Positions 8,843 to 18,058 are shown, counted from the stretch's first letter. The stretch is DNA of 20,000 bases from an uncultured virus (IMG/VR IMGVR_UViG_3300033170_000307) (IMGVR_UViG_3300033170_000307), one strand, 5' to 3'. The notes: a model not told the origin generated them from the letters alone. A program made the numbers and translations.

Positions 8843-9127
8843 CTACCGTATCGTGCGACCGGGGCGCTGGTCCACAGCCTCCTGAATGTGATGGCCCACG
8901 TCGTCGCCGAGTTGCTCGGCGATGGGCTTGGTCTTGTCGTCGCCTGCAGGCAGCCCGGCCTTCTCGCGGAAGGCGGACTCCACTGCGCCGATAACGCTGC
9001 TGGTGGCATAGACGTGCCCCTTCTGGCGGGGGAACTTCTCGCCGCGCAGGGTCACCTGCATACCCTGAAAGACGCCCATGTACCAGACCTCACGGACGCG
9101 ACACGCTTCCTTCTGAATGGGTCTCAT
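8843..9127 (-). CDS. hypothetical protein, 94 aa (MRPIQKEA...)
   Basis: GGAGGT RBS; stop abuts motif A. Confidence 0.75.
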   Translation of the reverse strand: MRPIQKEACRVREVWYMGVFQGMQVTLRGEKFPRQKGHVYATSSVIGAVESAFREKAGLPAGDDKTKPIAEQLGDDVGHHIQEAVDQRPGRTIR

Positions 9128-9327
9128 GACGACCTCCCTGTCGGGGTGTGTGCTACACTGTTGTGCGCACGATTGCGGCAGGCTTGTCGTGTACCGCCAA
9201 CGGCCTTCCTGCTGGTCGGTGCCAACCGTAGCCAGTTGGAAGTGGCAATGCCATTGACGATACCCGACAAGCCTGGCGTTAGAGCCAGGCCGGCCGCTCT
9301 CCACACATCTCTGCGCAGGATTGCGGC

Positions 9328-9356
9328 AAGGGAGGCCGCCTGAACGGCCTCCCTTT
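9328..9356. terminator. hairpin inside motif B copy 7
   Basis: AAGGGAGGCCG-CCTGAA-CGGCCTCCCTT, just past the stop at 9363. Confidence 0.55.
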
Positions 9357-9362
9357 CGGGAC

Positions 9363-9806
9363 CTAGAATGTGGGAACCGTCTCGAAGCCGCGCCCCGTGA
9401 AGATGGGGACGCTCGGCTCCGGCTCCTCCTGCTCCTCCCACAGGTGCCGGGGCTGCAGCGGCCACCCGCTCTTGTCATAGAGTTGGCCGCAGTTGTCGCA
9501 GCAGGACGTGAAGTCATCGAGAGTCACTTCGGCTCTGCACACTACACAGCGCGCGATTGCGGGCTCGACGTAGCTCCATTCATACTTCTGCACGTAGATG
9601 GGGAAGCGCTTGGCGCCCGTGATGAAGTCGGTGACGACCTTGCGATAGTTGTCAAGCCACGTCTGGGACTTGCCCTCGAAGTCCACACAGCCGCGCTCGT
9701 CGGACTTGAAAGCGAAGCCGGAGCCGCGCCCGTGCACATCGCACGCCAGACTGTACTCCACGCAATCGACCGGCTTGGCCTCACTGATGATTTCCGCCTG
9801 GGGCAT
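9363..9806 (-). CDS. zinc-ribbon-like protein, 147 aa
   Basis: GGAGGT RBS; CVVC...CDNC. Confidence 0.8.
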   Translation of the reverse strand: MPQAEIISEAKPVDCVEYSLACDVHGRGSGFAFKSDERGCVDFEGKSQTWLDNYRKVVTDFITGAKRFPIYVQKYEWSYVEPAIARCVVCRAEVTLDDFTSCCDNCGQLYDKSGWPLQPRHLWEEQEEPEPSVPIFTGRGFETVPTF

Positions 9807-9841
9807 GGTACGACCTCCTGAGTTCATGGTTCGTGCTTACA

Positions 9842-10015
9842 CTACTCTGCGCACGATTGCGGAGACAGGACTGGCTTGCCGGCGCGCACGACTCGGTAAG
9901 TGCCGCTGAATTGGGGGTGCTTGCCTGCCACGGCCAGCCGCGCATAGCGCATGTCGGACTCGTCGCGGATGGTGGCGAAGTCCATATAGGGCTCCAGGAC
10001 CACATCATCGGGCAT
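9842..10015 (-). CDS. 57-aa protein MPDDVVLEPY...PQSCAE (not in the ORF track)
   Basis: GGAGGT RBS; translated by hand; stops at the TAG inside motif A. Confidence 0.65.
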   Translation of the reverse strand: MPDDVVLEPYMDFATIRDESDMRYARLAVAGKHPQFSGTYRVVRAGKPVLSPQSCAE

Positions 10016-10087
10016 GGTACGACCTCCTGTGAATCAGGGTGCGGGGAGGGTTGCCCCTCCCCGATACTTCTCTGCGCACGATTGCGG

Positions 10088-10369
10088 CTACTCGATGGGC
10101 GGCGGGACCGGGATAGACCATGCCGCTTGGATGACGTTGGCCGGAGCGTCCGGGTACTTGCGGTCGGGAATCTCGAAGCCCTTGGCGGCGAAGTTGAGTT
10201 CGCCATTGGGCAGGGTGGGGACTTCCACCACGTCACCGCGCCGGGGCACGTTCAGGTCGTTGGCCGCGACCTCGTAGAAGTGGCCCTCCTGCGTGAGTAG
10301 GCGCACACCCAACATACCAAAGTCATTGCGACTCTCTGAGACGCCGAAGCACTTCATCTCGACTGGCAT
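10088..10369 (-). CDS. hypothetical protein, 93 aa
   Basis: GGAGGT RBS; stop abuts motif A. Confidence 0.75.
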   Translation of the reverse strand: MPVEMKCFGVSESRNDFGMLGVRLLTQEGHFYEVAANDLNVPRRGDVVEVPTLPNGELNFAAKGFEIPDRKYPDAPANVIQAAWSIPVPPPIE

Positions 10370-10443
10370 GAGACGACCTCCTGTGAGACAGGGTGCGGGG
10401 GCGGTTGCCCGCCCCCGATACTACTCTGCGCACGATTGCGGGG

Positions 10444-10803
10444 CTACCGTTCCCGCATCTGCACGTCATCGAGCGAGGGCGTATCCTCGCAGGTGCATTC
10501 GCTGTCATAGTTGCCGCAGCGGCGGCAACGGCCATCGCGGCCCCCGTCTTCGTCTTCGTCGCTCTTGGGCTTGGCGGGCTGCCATTCGCCGTCAATCAAG
10601 ACGCCGAGGAAGGTGCGCCCCCCGCTGCCCCCGCTGCCCCCGGTGGCGTAGACGTTGAAGTGGTCCTGCCCGCCGCCGTGGTGGGCGACAACCTCGATAC
10701 CGCAGTGCCAGCCGTTGACGTGGGCGGTGAGCCCCGTCTGCTTGTCACCGAGCCGCGACGCTTCGCCACGACCGCCCCGCAAAGTCCCTCTGAACTGTGC
10801 CAT
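10444..10803 (-). CDS. Gly-rich hypothetical protein, 119 aa, C-terminal Cys cluster
   Basis: GGAGGT RBS; MAQFRGTLRGGRG...; CRRC...CTC. Confidence 0.75.
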   Translation of the reverse strand: MAQFRGTLRGGRGEASRLGDKQTGLTAHVNGWHCGIEVVAHHGGGQDHFNVYATGGSGGSGGRTFLGVLIDGEWQPAKPKSDEDEDGGRDGRCRRCGNYDSECTCEDTPSLDDVQMRER

Positions 10804-10876
10804 GTGCGACCTCCCGTGAATTGGGGTGCGGGGAGGGTTGCCCCTCCCCGATACTACTCTGCGCACGATTGCGGGG

Positions 10877-10948
10877 CTACTTCCACGCTGCGCCCAGACC
10901 CTCCTGCATGATGTCCTGCACGGCCTTGACCTGAGCGGCGACGCTCAT
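10877..10948 (-). CDS. 23-aa peptide MSVAAQVKAVQDIMQEGLGAAWK
   Basis: TAATG overlap with the upstream stop; stop 2 nt from motif A. Confidence 0.45.
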   Translation of the reverse strand: MSVAAQVKAVQDIMQEGLGAAWK

Positions 10949-11157
10949 TAGGACACCACCTGGCCCTGGCGGGCGGCGCGGTTGCGGACGCGGCGGCCTG
11001 CGGCGCGGTGGTTGAGCATGGCCTGCGTGTCGGCGAAGGTGAGCTTGCGGGCGTTGCCGTTGCGGTCCTTCGGGGTGCGGCGCTGGCTGCAGGAGCTGCA
11101 GTTGGGCGTGCCGTTGGGGCGGGAGCAGGTGTTCGCATTGCACGTCGAGATGACCAT
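10948..11157 (-). CDS. Cys-containing basic protein, 69 aa
   Basis: GGAGGT RBS; C-x4-C...CSSC. Confidence 0.65.
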   Translation of the reverse strand: MVISTCNANTCSRPNGTPNCSSCSQRRTPKDRNGNARKLTFADTQAMLNHRAAGRRVRNRAARQGQVVS

Positions 11158-11232
11158 GGGTGAGACCTCCAGAGGTATGGGTTGGGGCAGCAGATGCTGC
11201 CCCGTTGTACACTTGTCTGCGCAGGATTGCTG

Positions 11233-11601
11233 CTACCCGAACTTCGTGGGGTTGGCCTCCACGAGGTCGCCCCAGCTACCGACCCAGAAGCGGCCCTGCC
11301 GAGCGTCATAGAGCAGGGTGGCGTCGTAGGTCTCCCCGGTGTTGCAGTAGTACACACCGTGGCCGAGGGTCTCGACCCCGAAGGTGCCGAGCAGGTGGTC
11401 GGCGATGAGGAGAATGTTGCTGCTGCGGTTGCCCGCAGGCAGGTAGTCGTGCTTCCCCGGCTGCACACCGAGCATATCGGCGACCGGGATAGACTTGACC
11501 TCGCGCTTGATGAGGGCCCGAAGCAGTGCCAGCTTGCAGGTGGCTATCTTCGGGAAGAGAGCCTGCAGAGTCTTCATCGAAGCGAAGCCGTGCTGTGCCA
11601 T
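11233..11601 (-). CDS. hypothetical protein, 122 aa
   Basis: GGAGGTCGCATC-ATG; stop next to motif A. Confidence 0.8.
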   Translation of the reverse strand: MAQHGFASMKTLQALFPKIATCKLALLRALIKREVKSIPVADMLGVQPGKHDYLPAGNRSSNILLIADHLLGTFGVETLGHGVYYCNTGETYDATLLYDARQGRFWVGSWGDLVEANPTKFG

Positions 11602-11629
11602 GATGCGACCTCCATGCTGTGATGGGTGC

Positions 11630-12139
11630 TTACACTACTGTGCGCAGGATTGCGCGCAGGTCGCTGGCGTGATGGCGGGTGCTGGCGGAGACGGCGGCGT
11701 CAGAGGGCATGGCCTGTCCTTCGGGCATGTTGTCCAGCACCTTAGCGTTCGCTTCCCACCTGTCCGCGAGCTTCTCCAGTTCCTCCTCCAGCGTGGGAAT
11801 GCTGTCGCCGAAGTTGATGCAGCCCCGAAGCTGGATGGGGTTCAGGACCTCGGGTCCGTGCTGCTCGCAGGCGTCCGTGACGATGTGCTGCGCCAGTTCG
11901 TAGGCGGACGCTGGCGGCAGGTCGGTGCGGCGTGTGAGCAGTTGTGTATCCTGCAGCGTGGGCGTCTTGTCTTCCCCGGCCAGATGCACGCGGCCGGCAG
12001 TGACGCAGCCCAGTTCGTGCCGGATGAGGACGAAGCCCGGCTTGCCCACCTGCTCCTCGTCCACTTCCTGCTCGGGCAGCCAGAGGCAGCCCACGTCGTA
12101 CTTTGTCGCCGGGTCGTTCCCCGGCTGTCCGCTGACCAT
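11630..12139 (-). CDS. hypothetical protein, 169 aa (MVSGQPGND...)
   Basis: GGAGGT RBS; C-terminus runs through motif A. Confidence 0.75.
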   Translation of the reverse strand: MVSGQPGNDPATKYDVGCLWLPEQEVDEEQVGKPGFVLIRHELGCVTAGRVHLAGEDKTPTLQDTQLLTRRTDLPPASAYELAQHIVTDACEQHGPEVLNPIQLRGCINFGDSIPTLEEELEKLADRWEANAKVLDNMPEGQAMPSDAAVSASTRHHASDLRAILRTVV

Positions 12140-12191
12140 GATGTGACCTCCATGCGGTGATGGGTACACTGCTCTGCGCAGGATTGCGGGC

Positions 12192-12701
12192 TCAGCCATA
12201 GACTTCGGACTGCGCCCGCTTGTGGAAGTCTTCCGGCGTCTCGCTCCAGTGCTGCTTGAGAAGCCAGTCCCGGCGCTTGCCGTCGCGTACCTGGTAGGCC
12301 AGCAGGCCACAGTAGGCGGTGATTTCGTAGCCCAGCCAGTACATGGTGATTGCGGCGTTGCCGCAGAAGTCCCCGGCGCGGCTCATGCTGTACTGCGGGC
12401 CGGGAGGTGTGGCGAGTTGCGGGTCAACGTCCCTCGATTCGCTGGTGGTCTCGACGCCCGTGGCATACAGGCGCTCGATGACCCAGAGCGTATCGCCAGA
12501 CAGCAGCTTGTAGCAGGTCTGCTGGCGCGGGTAGCTGCTGTAGTAGTAGATGCCTGCGGCGTCGTGCACGTGAGCGTGCAGCGTCTCGGCGCTCTCCAGC
12601 TTGGCCGTCGCCATCTGGCCCCTGGCCTGCTGTGCCGTGATGTAGCTCTTGGTGCCGTCTGGCCCCTCCAGCAGGTAGACCTTGCGCGTGTACGTCCTCA
12701 T
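12192..12701 (-). CDS. hypothetical protein, 169 aa (MRTYTRKVY...)
   Basis: GGAGGT RBS; stop 2 nt from motif A. Confidence 0.8.
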   Translation of the reverse strand: MRTYTRKVYLLEGPDGTKSYITAQQARGQMATAKLESAETLHAHVHDAAGIYYYSSYPRQQTCYKLLSGDTLWVIERLYATGVETTSESRDVDPQLATPPGPQYSMSRAGDFCGNAAITMYWLGYEITAYCGLLAYQVRDGKRRDWLLKQHWSETPEDFHKRAQSEVYG

Positions 12702-12873
12702 GAGCGACCTCCCGTGAATTGGGGTGCGGGGAGGGTTGCCCCTCCCCGATACTACTCTGCGCACGATTGCGATGGGCCTGGCGTTAGAGCCCGGCCGGCC
12801 GGCGCCCGCGCGTGCGCGCGATTGCGGGTTGGGAATCGTCTGAACGGCAACAGAACAGGGAGCCAGGAATACG

Positions 12874-12910
12874 AAAAGCCCCCGGCCATTGCGTCTTCAG
12901 GCCGGGGGCT
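12874..12910 (-). terminator. intrinsic terminator
   Basis: GCCCCCGGCC/GGCCGGGGGC stem followed by UUUU on the minus strand; beside motif B copy 8. Confidence 0.65.
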
Positions 12911-12985
12911 CTCTCATTTCTGTGCTCAGAAACCTGACAGTCTGCTTATTGAGCGCGCTGCCTGCGCTGGGGGGCTGGGGCTTCG

Positions 12986-13180
12986 TCAGCCATACCCTGT
13001 CGGGTACAGGGGAATGGGCCTCACCTCCAACGGTTCGACTGCGCTGCCTTGACTTAGTAGATGGCAGCAGGACAACGGCTTGGACAGCAGCGCGTCAGTG
13101 GGCGCCACGTCTTGTGGGGGCAGAGCAACGAAGCTCAGGCCAACCAAGACAACCGTCATTACTACCATGCGCAGCCTCAT
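12986..13180 (-). CDS. possible 64-aa protein with hydrophobic N-terminus
   Basis: Follows a degenerate motif A; no clear SD. Confidence 0.35.
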   Translation of the reverse strand: MRLRMVVMTVVLVGLSFVALPPQDVAPTDALLSKPLSCCHLLSQGSAVEPLEVRPIPLYPTGYG

Positions 13181-13225
13181 CCCGCAGTGATGTACAACTC
13201 ACGTATCTGAGCGCTTGATTGCGGC

Positions 13226-13525
13226 TCAGGAGTTTGCTACGGCGTCCACGTCCGTGACGTGCAGGCGCTTGCCGCGCAACTGCAGGCGCACGTGGATGGG
13301 GAGCTTGGCGGGCTGGCCGATGGCGCGGTACTTGACCGTGGCGCTGGTGTTGCCACTCGGGAGCACCAGAGCGTGCTTGCCCGTGGTGGCCACGTCATCG
13401 AGCTTGTAGAGCGCATCGCTCAGGACGAACTGCTCGGGCAGGGCGGTGCCGGGCTTCTTGATGTGCTCGGCTACGTCGGTGAGGCTACGGAAGACCAGAG
13501 CCAGCGTCGGCTTCTTTCTGGGCAT
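13226..13525 (-). CDS. hypothetical protein, 99 aa (MPRKKPT...)
   Basis: GGAGGT RBS; stop abuts motif A. Confidence 0.75.
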   Translation of the reverse strand: MPRKKPTLALVFRSLTDVAEHIKKPGTALPEQFVLSDALYKLDDVATTGKHALVLPSGNTSATVKYRAIGQPAKLPIHVRLQLRGKRLHVTDVDAVANS

Positions 13526-13577
13526 GTTCAACCTCCACAGCGTGTAGTGGGTTACACTACTTGGCGCACGATTGCGC

Positions 13578-14042
13578 CTATGCTATCGCGACCAGCGGGG
13601 TGCCGTCAACCTGTTTCGTGCTGGCGCTGGCCACAGCGGCGCGAGCGCGGAGCATGAGACCGGGTACGAACTTGGGCGCGCCCATGCCCGCAGGCACACC
13701 GGCGGCTTCCTGAACGGTGCCTTCGATGACCCGCAGGAGTAGGGGCTGGGTGTAGCCCACACGGTCCTCGGCCCATTGCAGCGTAAGGTCGTACATACTG
13801 TCGGTGTGAGTGGCCTTGGCGGTGAACGCGTCCAGCAGCGGAGCGCTATGCACAGTGCACAGGTACACGCCTTCCATGGTGCGGCCGTCTACGGTCAACT
13901 GCCGGGTGGAGCGAGCGTGTGGCGTGCGGGTGTACTCACGCATCCACGGTTCCAGCTTCTCGAACGGCACGAAGTAGTGCGCATGGCCGGAGCACAGCTT
14001 GCAGGTGTGCCTGGCCTGCCTCATCCGGGGAGGCATTGGCAT
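13578..14042 (-). CDS. hypothetical protein, ~154 aa, CxxC...CxxH
   Basis: Fills one unit; CKLC...CTVH; start uncertain. Confidence 0.7.
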   Translation of the reverse strand: MPMPPRMRQARHTCKLCSGHAHYFVPFEKLEPWMREYTRTPHARSTRQLTVDGRTMEGVYLCTVHSAPLLDAFTAKATHTDSMYDLTLQWAEDRVGYTQPLLLRVIEGTVQEAAGVPAGMGAPKFVPGLMLRARAAVASASTKQVDGTPLVAIA

Positions 14043-14118
14043 TGGGCATCATCCCTTCGGGGAAGAAGTGTGGGGGCAGGTCTCCCCGCCCCCTACATCT
14101 ATCGGCGCACGATTGCGC

Positions 14119-14649
14119 CTACTTCTCGGGGACGACCCACTCGTCCTCGGGCTCGAAGAGCCCGTCCTCGATGTCGTCGAGCTTGGTCAGGATGAAGTGG
14201 GTGATGCAGGTACCCTTGTCCTGCACCAATGCGGTGAAGTCCATCTGCAGCTTCGTCATGTTGCGAATGGTGGCGGCGGTGATGCTCTCCGGCTCGTGGC
14301 CCTCACGCTGCAGGACGAACTCAGCCTCGTCGGGCATGTCGGCGGGCAGGTTGATGATGCCCTGCTCCAGAGCCACCATGCTAAGGTTCCAGATAGCGTC
14401 ATGCACGCGCTTGACCTGCTCGCGCATCTGCCGGGCTTCCATCTGGACGCGCTCATAGCTGTCGCTCGGCGACCAGTCGTCGTTGGCACAGCCCTCTGCC
14501 AGCGCCATCCGCTTGGCCCGCTGCCAAAGCGACTTGGCCGGGAAGAGTAGCCCGGCGATGGTGGCGGCGAACTCCTTGCCGAACTGCTCGCGCAACACCT
14601 CGCCATTGGGCATGATGTTGACGCTGCCGATGACCTTCTCTCCACTCAT
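14119..14649 (-). CDS. hypothetical protein, 176 aa
   Basis: GAGGT RBS; stop abuts motif A. Confidence 0.8.
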   Translation of the reverse strand: MSGEKVIGSVNIMPNGEVLREQFGKEFAATIAGLLFPAKSLWQRAKRMALAEGCANDDWSPSDSYERVQMEARQMREQVKRVHDAIWNLSMVALEQGIINLPADMPDEAEFVLQREGHEPESITAATIRNMTKLQMDFTALVQDKGTCITHFILTKLDDIEDGLFEPEDEWVVPEK

Positions 14650-14724
14650 GTCTCGTACCTCGTTAGGGTTAGCGGTCGGGGGCGGTCGCCCGCCCCCGTT
14701 ACACTTCTGTGCGCACGATTGCGC

Positions 14725-15171
14725 CTACAGCCAGCCGCGCACCCGCTTCATCAGCAGGCAGTCATCGTGCCGCCGCCCAGACCCCTTGCGGTGCAGGTAG
14801 TTCTGGACGAAGGCATTGAAGGTGATGCCCACGCTCTGCCCGTACTTCGCAACCGTGTCGAAGTCGTGACCCTCGACCAGTTGGCAGAGGCAGTATATGC
14901 TCTTCTCGGTGACCTCGAAGAAGTCGCCGTCGTCGTCGGTGGGGAAGCCGGCCCAGTCGGGGTCAGTCTCAGCCGCCATCTGGCCGGGGTGCTTCAGTTC
15001 GTGAGCGAAGCCAAGGTCCAGCCGGTCGCCCTCGCGGGCTGCGAGCAGGGCCTGCACGTCGCTGGGGTCGAGGTGCTCGCCTTCCTTGAAGTTGACGATA
15101 CACCAGACCTTGTAGTTGCTCCCGTCGCGGTAGAGCACGTTCATCTGTACGCGATGCTTCTGTTCAGGCAT
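14725..15171 (-). CDS. hypothetical protein, 148 aa
   Basis: GGAGGT RBS; stop abuts motif A. Confidence 0.8.
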   Translation of the reverse strand: MPEQKHRVQMNVLYRDGSNYKVWCIVNFKEGEHLDPSDVQALLAAREGDRLDLGFAHELKHPGQMAAETDPDWAGFPTDDDGDFFEVTEKSIYCLCQLVEGHDFDTVAKYGQSVGITFNAFVQNYLHRKGSGRRHDDCLLMKRVRGWL

Positions 15172-15204
15172 AGGCAGGTGACCTCCGGCCGATGAAAGGT
15201 TGTA

Positions 15205-15708
15205 CTACTCAGCGCAGGATTGCGCTTTGGCCTTCTCCCCGATGGCCTCGATGGCGTCGGTCGGCTCTTGGCTGGCGCTGAATTGCCTCAGACACAGGAG
15301 ACCGTGCTCGATGCTGGCGAACGCGCTGGCGATGAGGTAGCGCTGGCTGACACCATCCCCCTCCTTGACTTCCTGCTGCACCTGCCCGGCGCTCAGGCGG
15401 TAGGGCTTGAGCCAGAGGCTCAGGCCCGCTTTCAGTTCATCGAGGTTCTCAATCATGACGTGCACATTGGTCTCGGCGCTGAAGCGGCCCCCGAAGGTGC
15501 ACGAGACGTACTCAGGCGAGACGTAGACCTGCTGCTCGGCGGGCACGTCTTTGAGGTGGCTGTACCAACTGCCATGACTGTGGTCCCAGACCCGGTAGCC
15601 CAGCGGCTGGGTGCGGCACTTCTCACAGAAGCACAGGGTCGCGGCGTGGTAGCAGTGCACGGAGCACGGCACCTGGGGTGTGCAGGACTTGCGGCGCCGG
15701 ACTTTCAT
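15205..15708 (-). CDS. hypothetical protein, 167 aa, Cys/His-rich N-terminus
   Basis: GGAGG RBS; CSVHC...CFCEKC; stops at the TAG inside motif A. Confidence 0.75.
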   Translation of the reverse strand: MKVRRRKSCTPQVPCSVHCYHAATLCFCEKCRTQPLGYRVWDHSHGSWYSHLKDVPAEQQVYVSPEYVSCTFGGRFSAETNVHVMIENLDELKAGLSLWLKPYRLSAGQVQQEVKEGDGVSQRYLIASAFASIEHGLLCLRQFSASQEPTDAIEAIGEKAKAQSCAE

Positions 15709-15756
15709 GTTGCGGCCTCCTCGGTAGGGTTGTACTCCTCAGCGCACGATTGCGGC

Positions 15757-16239
15757 TCAGTAGTCCATCGAAGCCAGTGCCCCGCGCACCCGGCGCTCAG
15801 GGTCAGGCGAGCGCATATCATCCAGCGCCTGCTGGTGCTGCGCCCGGTCCTTGGCATTGCTGTCGAGGATGACGTTGCACAGTTCCACGAACTTCTCGAT
15901 GGCCGGGGCCTTGGACCTGAAGACGAAGACGGTACGGGTCCCTGCCGGGTCGTTCGGCACCCGGTGGATGCGCTTGCGCAGGAAGGCCTTCTGCCTCTTG
16001 TCGGCCAGCCCGAACCGGTCGCGGGCTTCGTACTGCTTGAGCACCTTGCGTACTTCTTCGGCCCGCATTTCGGGCCCGACAGTCCAGAGTTCAGTGGGGC
16101 AGTTGACATGCGCGAGGGAGGGGCGAAAGCCGGAGTTGATGCAGCCGTAGGGTTCCGGCCCGCCGAGGATGGCACCTCTCTTCAGGCGACCATGCTTGCG
16201 CACGTCATCAGCAGTGAAGGGCTTGCGTTGCTGAGACAT
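15757..16239 (-). CDS. basic hypothetical protein, 160 aa
   Basis: GGAGGT RBS; stop abuts motif A. Confidence 0.8.
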   Translation of the reverse strand: MSQQRKPFTADDVRKHGRLKRGAILGGPEPYGCINSGFRPSLAHVNCPTELWTVGPEMRAEEVRKVLKQYEARDRFGLADKRQKAFLRKRIHRVPNDPAGTRTVFVFRSKAPAIEKFVELCNVILDSNAKDRAQHQQALDDMRSPDPERRVRGALASMDY

Positions 16240-16454
16240 GGGGGGCGACCTCCATTGGATGATGGGTACACTACTGTGCGCACGATTGCGGAGCGGGCGG
16301 CCTGCCGGGATGTCGGTCGGCAGGCCCCCGCCGCGCTGTAGTCCCTACCAAGGACAGCTTGATGGCGTTAGAGCCGCGCCCGGCGCGCCGGCAGGGTGGC
16401 AGGGAACCCTTTGGGAGGCCCTGAACGGCCTCGCTCTTGGAGCCATGATTTCCG

Positions 16455-17096
16455 TTAGCCGCTCATCGCGTCAATGAGCATCTGCATGACTTCGGGCAGT
16501 TCCTTGCCGCAGTGCGGGCAAGCGTAGCCCTCGTGGTTGATTTCGCCACCCATGTCGCCGTCGTCCATGCTGTCGTAGCTGTACTCGAAGCGCCCATCCA
16601 CCAGTTCTTCGCACTCCAGCGTCACGCCCTAGTCGGTCGTCACCTTGTCGGCTTCGAGCGTGTCGAGCACGTCGCCACAGTGCGGGCACTTGGGGTAGCC
16701 CGTCTCGTCGTCCACGTCGAACTTGAACTCGGCGGCTGCGTGCTTGAGAGCGATGTCGAGGATGTGCTGCACGTCGTTCATGTGGCCGCGCAGAGCCATG
16801 ATGAAGCAACCGAGGACCTCGGTGCCCTTGTTGCCCCTCGCACCCTGCCACGCGCTGTCTACGACCTTGGCGAGCAGGTGGTCGGCCAAGCGCTTGCCCC
16901 GCGCCACGTTGCTCGGCTCTTCGATGTCACGAGTGGTCACCTCGAAGTGCGAGATGGCCTCCAGAGCGTGCTGGACGCTGGCCGGGAACTGGATGATGTC
17001 GCCGGAGAGCGAGCTCCGGTCATTGGACGCGATGCGCTCCGCCTCACGAAGCACTTGGTTGACCTTGCGTTCATCTGCGGGTGGTCTCTTGGGCAT
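16455..17096 (-). pseudogene. zinc-ribbon protein (213 codons) with an in-frame TAG at 16629-16631
   Basis: AAGGAGG RBS; CPHC...KVTTD*GVTLECEE...YACPHCGKEL...MSG-TAA continues in frame. Confidence 0.7.
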
Positions 17097-17231
17097 GTAG
17101 CCCTCCTTGGTAGGGGAATTTGATGGGGGAGGGAGGAGTGCGCACTCAACGAGCCGTGGGTAGCTGCTAGGACTACCAAGTCGTCTCGCTGTCGCCCTCC
17201 CCATCCAATACTCTGCGCACGATTGCGGCGC

Positions 17232-17975
17232 CTACTCGGTAGCAGGCCAACCCTCGCGCGATGTCTGGTACAGGTCGTCGGGGTCCCCCGCCGCCTCCAG
17301 CGCTTCCATCCGGTCGCGCTCCGTCACCATCTCCTCCGCGTCCTCGTCATAGCGCTCAGGAAGCCCGTACATCTCTCCCATGTAGGCGCCTTGGGAACTG
17401 GAGCGCCCTCCGAACTCGCTGCTCAGCAGGAAGAAGGGCACTGTGATGAACTCGTCGCCTTGGTACAGCCGGATTTCGGCGTCCCAGAAGGTCTCGTCCA
17501 CGTAGCCGCTGCCGCTGTGCGAGCAGAAGACCACGACTTCGAGGCCCTCGGCGTCCGCCAGCATCTTGAGCGCTCCGATGAAGATGCTGTAGTACGGTTC
17601 GGCATAGTCTTCCCGTAGCTCCATCTTCTCCCACTCGAAGCCCAGGTCTTCGATGTAGAACTCGTCTTCCTCCTGCAGGACTTCGAGCACCACGTTTAGG
17701 TACTCGTGGACAGCCGCCAGCTTGAACTCCTGGGCCTTGTCGAAGCGCCAGCGCAGCAGACGGCACAGTTCAGCAGAGCCACCCAATTCCATCATCTGCC
17801 CGAGGCACGACGCGTTGGAGTAGCTGCGCCGCTGCTTGTCCGTGGGCTCCTTGCCCTTCTCCTTGGGCCAGCGCTCGATAAGTGCGTGCGCCCGCCGTTG
17901 GAGCTTCTGTGTCTCGTGCGCCGCCAGCAGCCAGTGCCGCGCAAAGGTGCCGGCCGGCAAAGTCAGGTCGCTCAT
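17232..17975 (-). CDS. acidic hypothetical protein, 247 aa
   Basis: AAGGAG RBS; fills one unit. Confidence 0.85.
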   Translation of the reverse strand: MSDLTLPAGTFARHWLLAAHETQKLQRRAHALIERWPKEKGKEPTDKQRRSYSNASCLGQMMELGGSAELCRLLRWRFDKAQEFKLAAVHEYLNVVLEVLQEEDEFYIEDLGFEWEKMELREDYAEPYYSIFIGALKMLADAEGLEVVVFCSHSGSGYVDETFWDAEIRLYQGDEFITVPFFLLSSEFGGRSSSQGAYMGEMYGLPERYDEDAEEMVTERDRMEALEAAGDPDDLYQTSREGWPATE

Positions 17976-18058
17976 GTCATGCTCCTTGGTAGGAAGTAGT
18001 GTATGGTGTCGTCCGCCGACACCCTACACCCCTCTGCGCACGATTGCGGCGTGGTATC

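Larger units (their letters stand above)
3500..16446. repeat. motif B: dispersed ~85-bp element, 9 copies
   Basis: GGCGTTAGA at 3501, 3604, 4395, 5290, 6241, 7929, 9275, 12780, 16364; TGAACGG starts 58-66 bp later (60-61 in seven copies); a GAGCCA-like box starts 17-19 bp after that. Confidence 0.9.

Noticed and set aside
9543..9563. Intragenic motif-like sequence TACACAGCGCGCGATTGCGGG
   Set aside because: Lies inside an intact CDS with altered spacing and no following SD; may be chance or a relic, so not counted
5482..12764. Recurring peptides such as AHDCG, LRTIA, MRRVV, RNRAQ as a protein repeat family
   Set aside because: They are translations of the DNA motif in different frames; true starts lie downstream at the GGAGGT sites
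3500..16446. Motif A or B as canonical integron attC sites
   Set aside because: GGCGTTAG resembles an attC right end, but there is no matching RYYYAAC upstream, the GTT/AAC boxes are in the wrong order, there is no long palindrome and no IntI in the window
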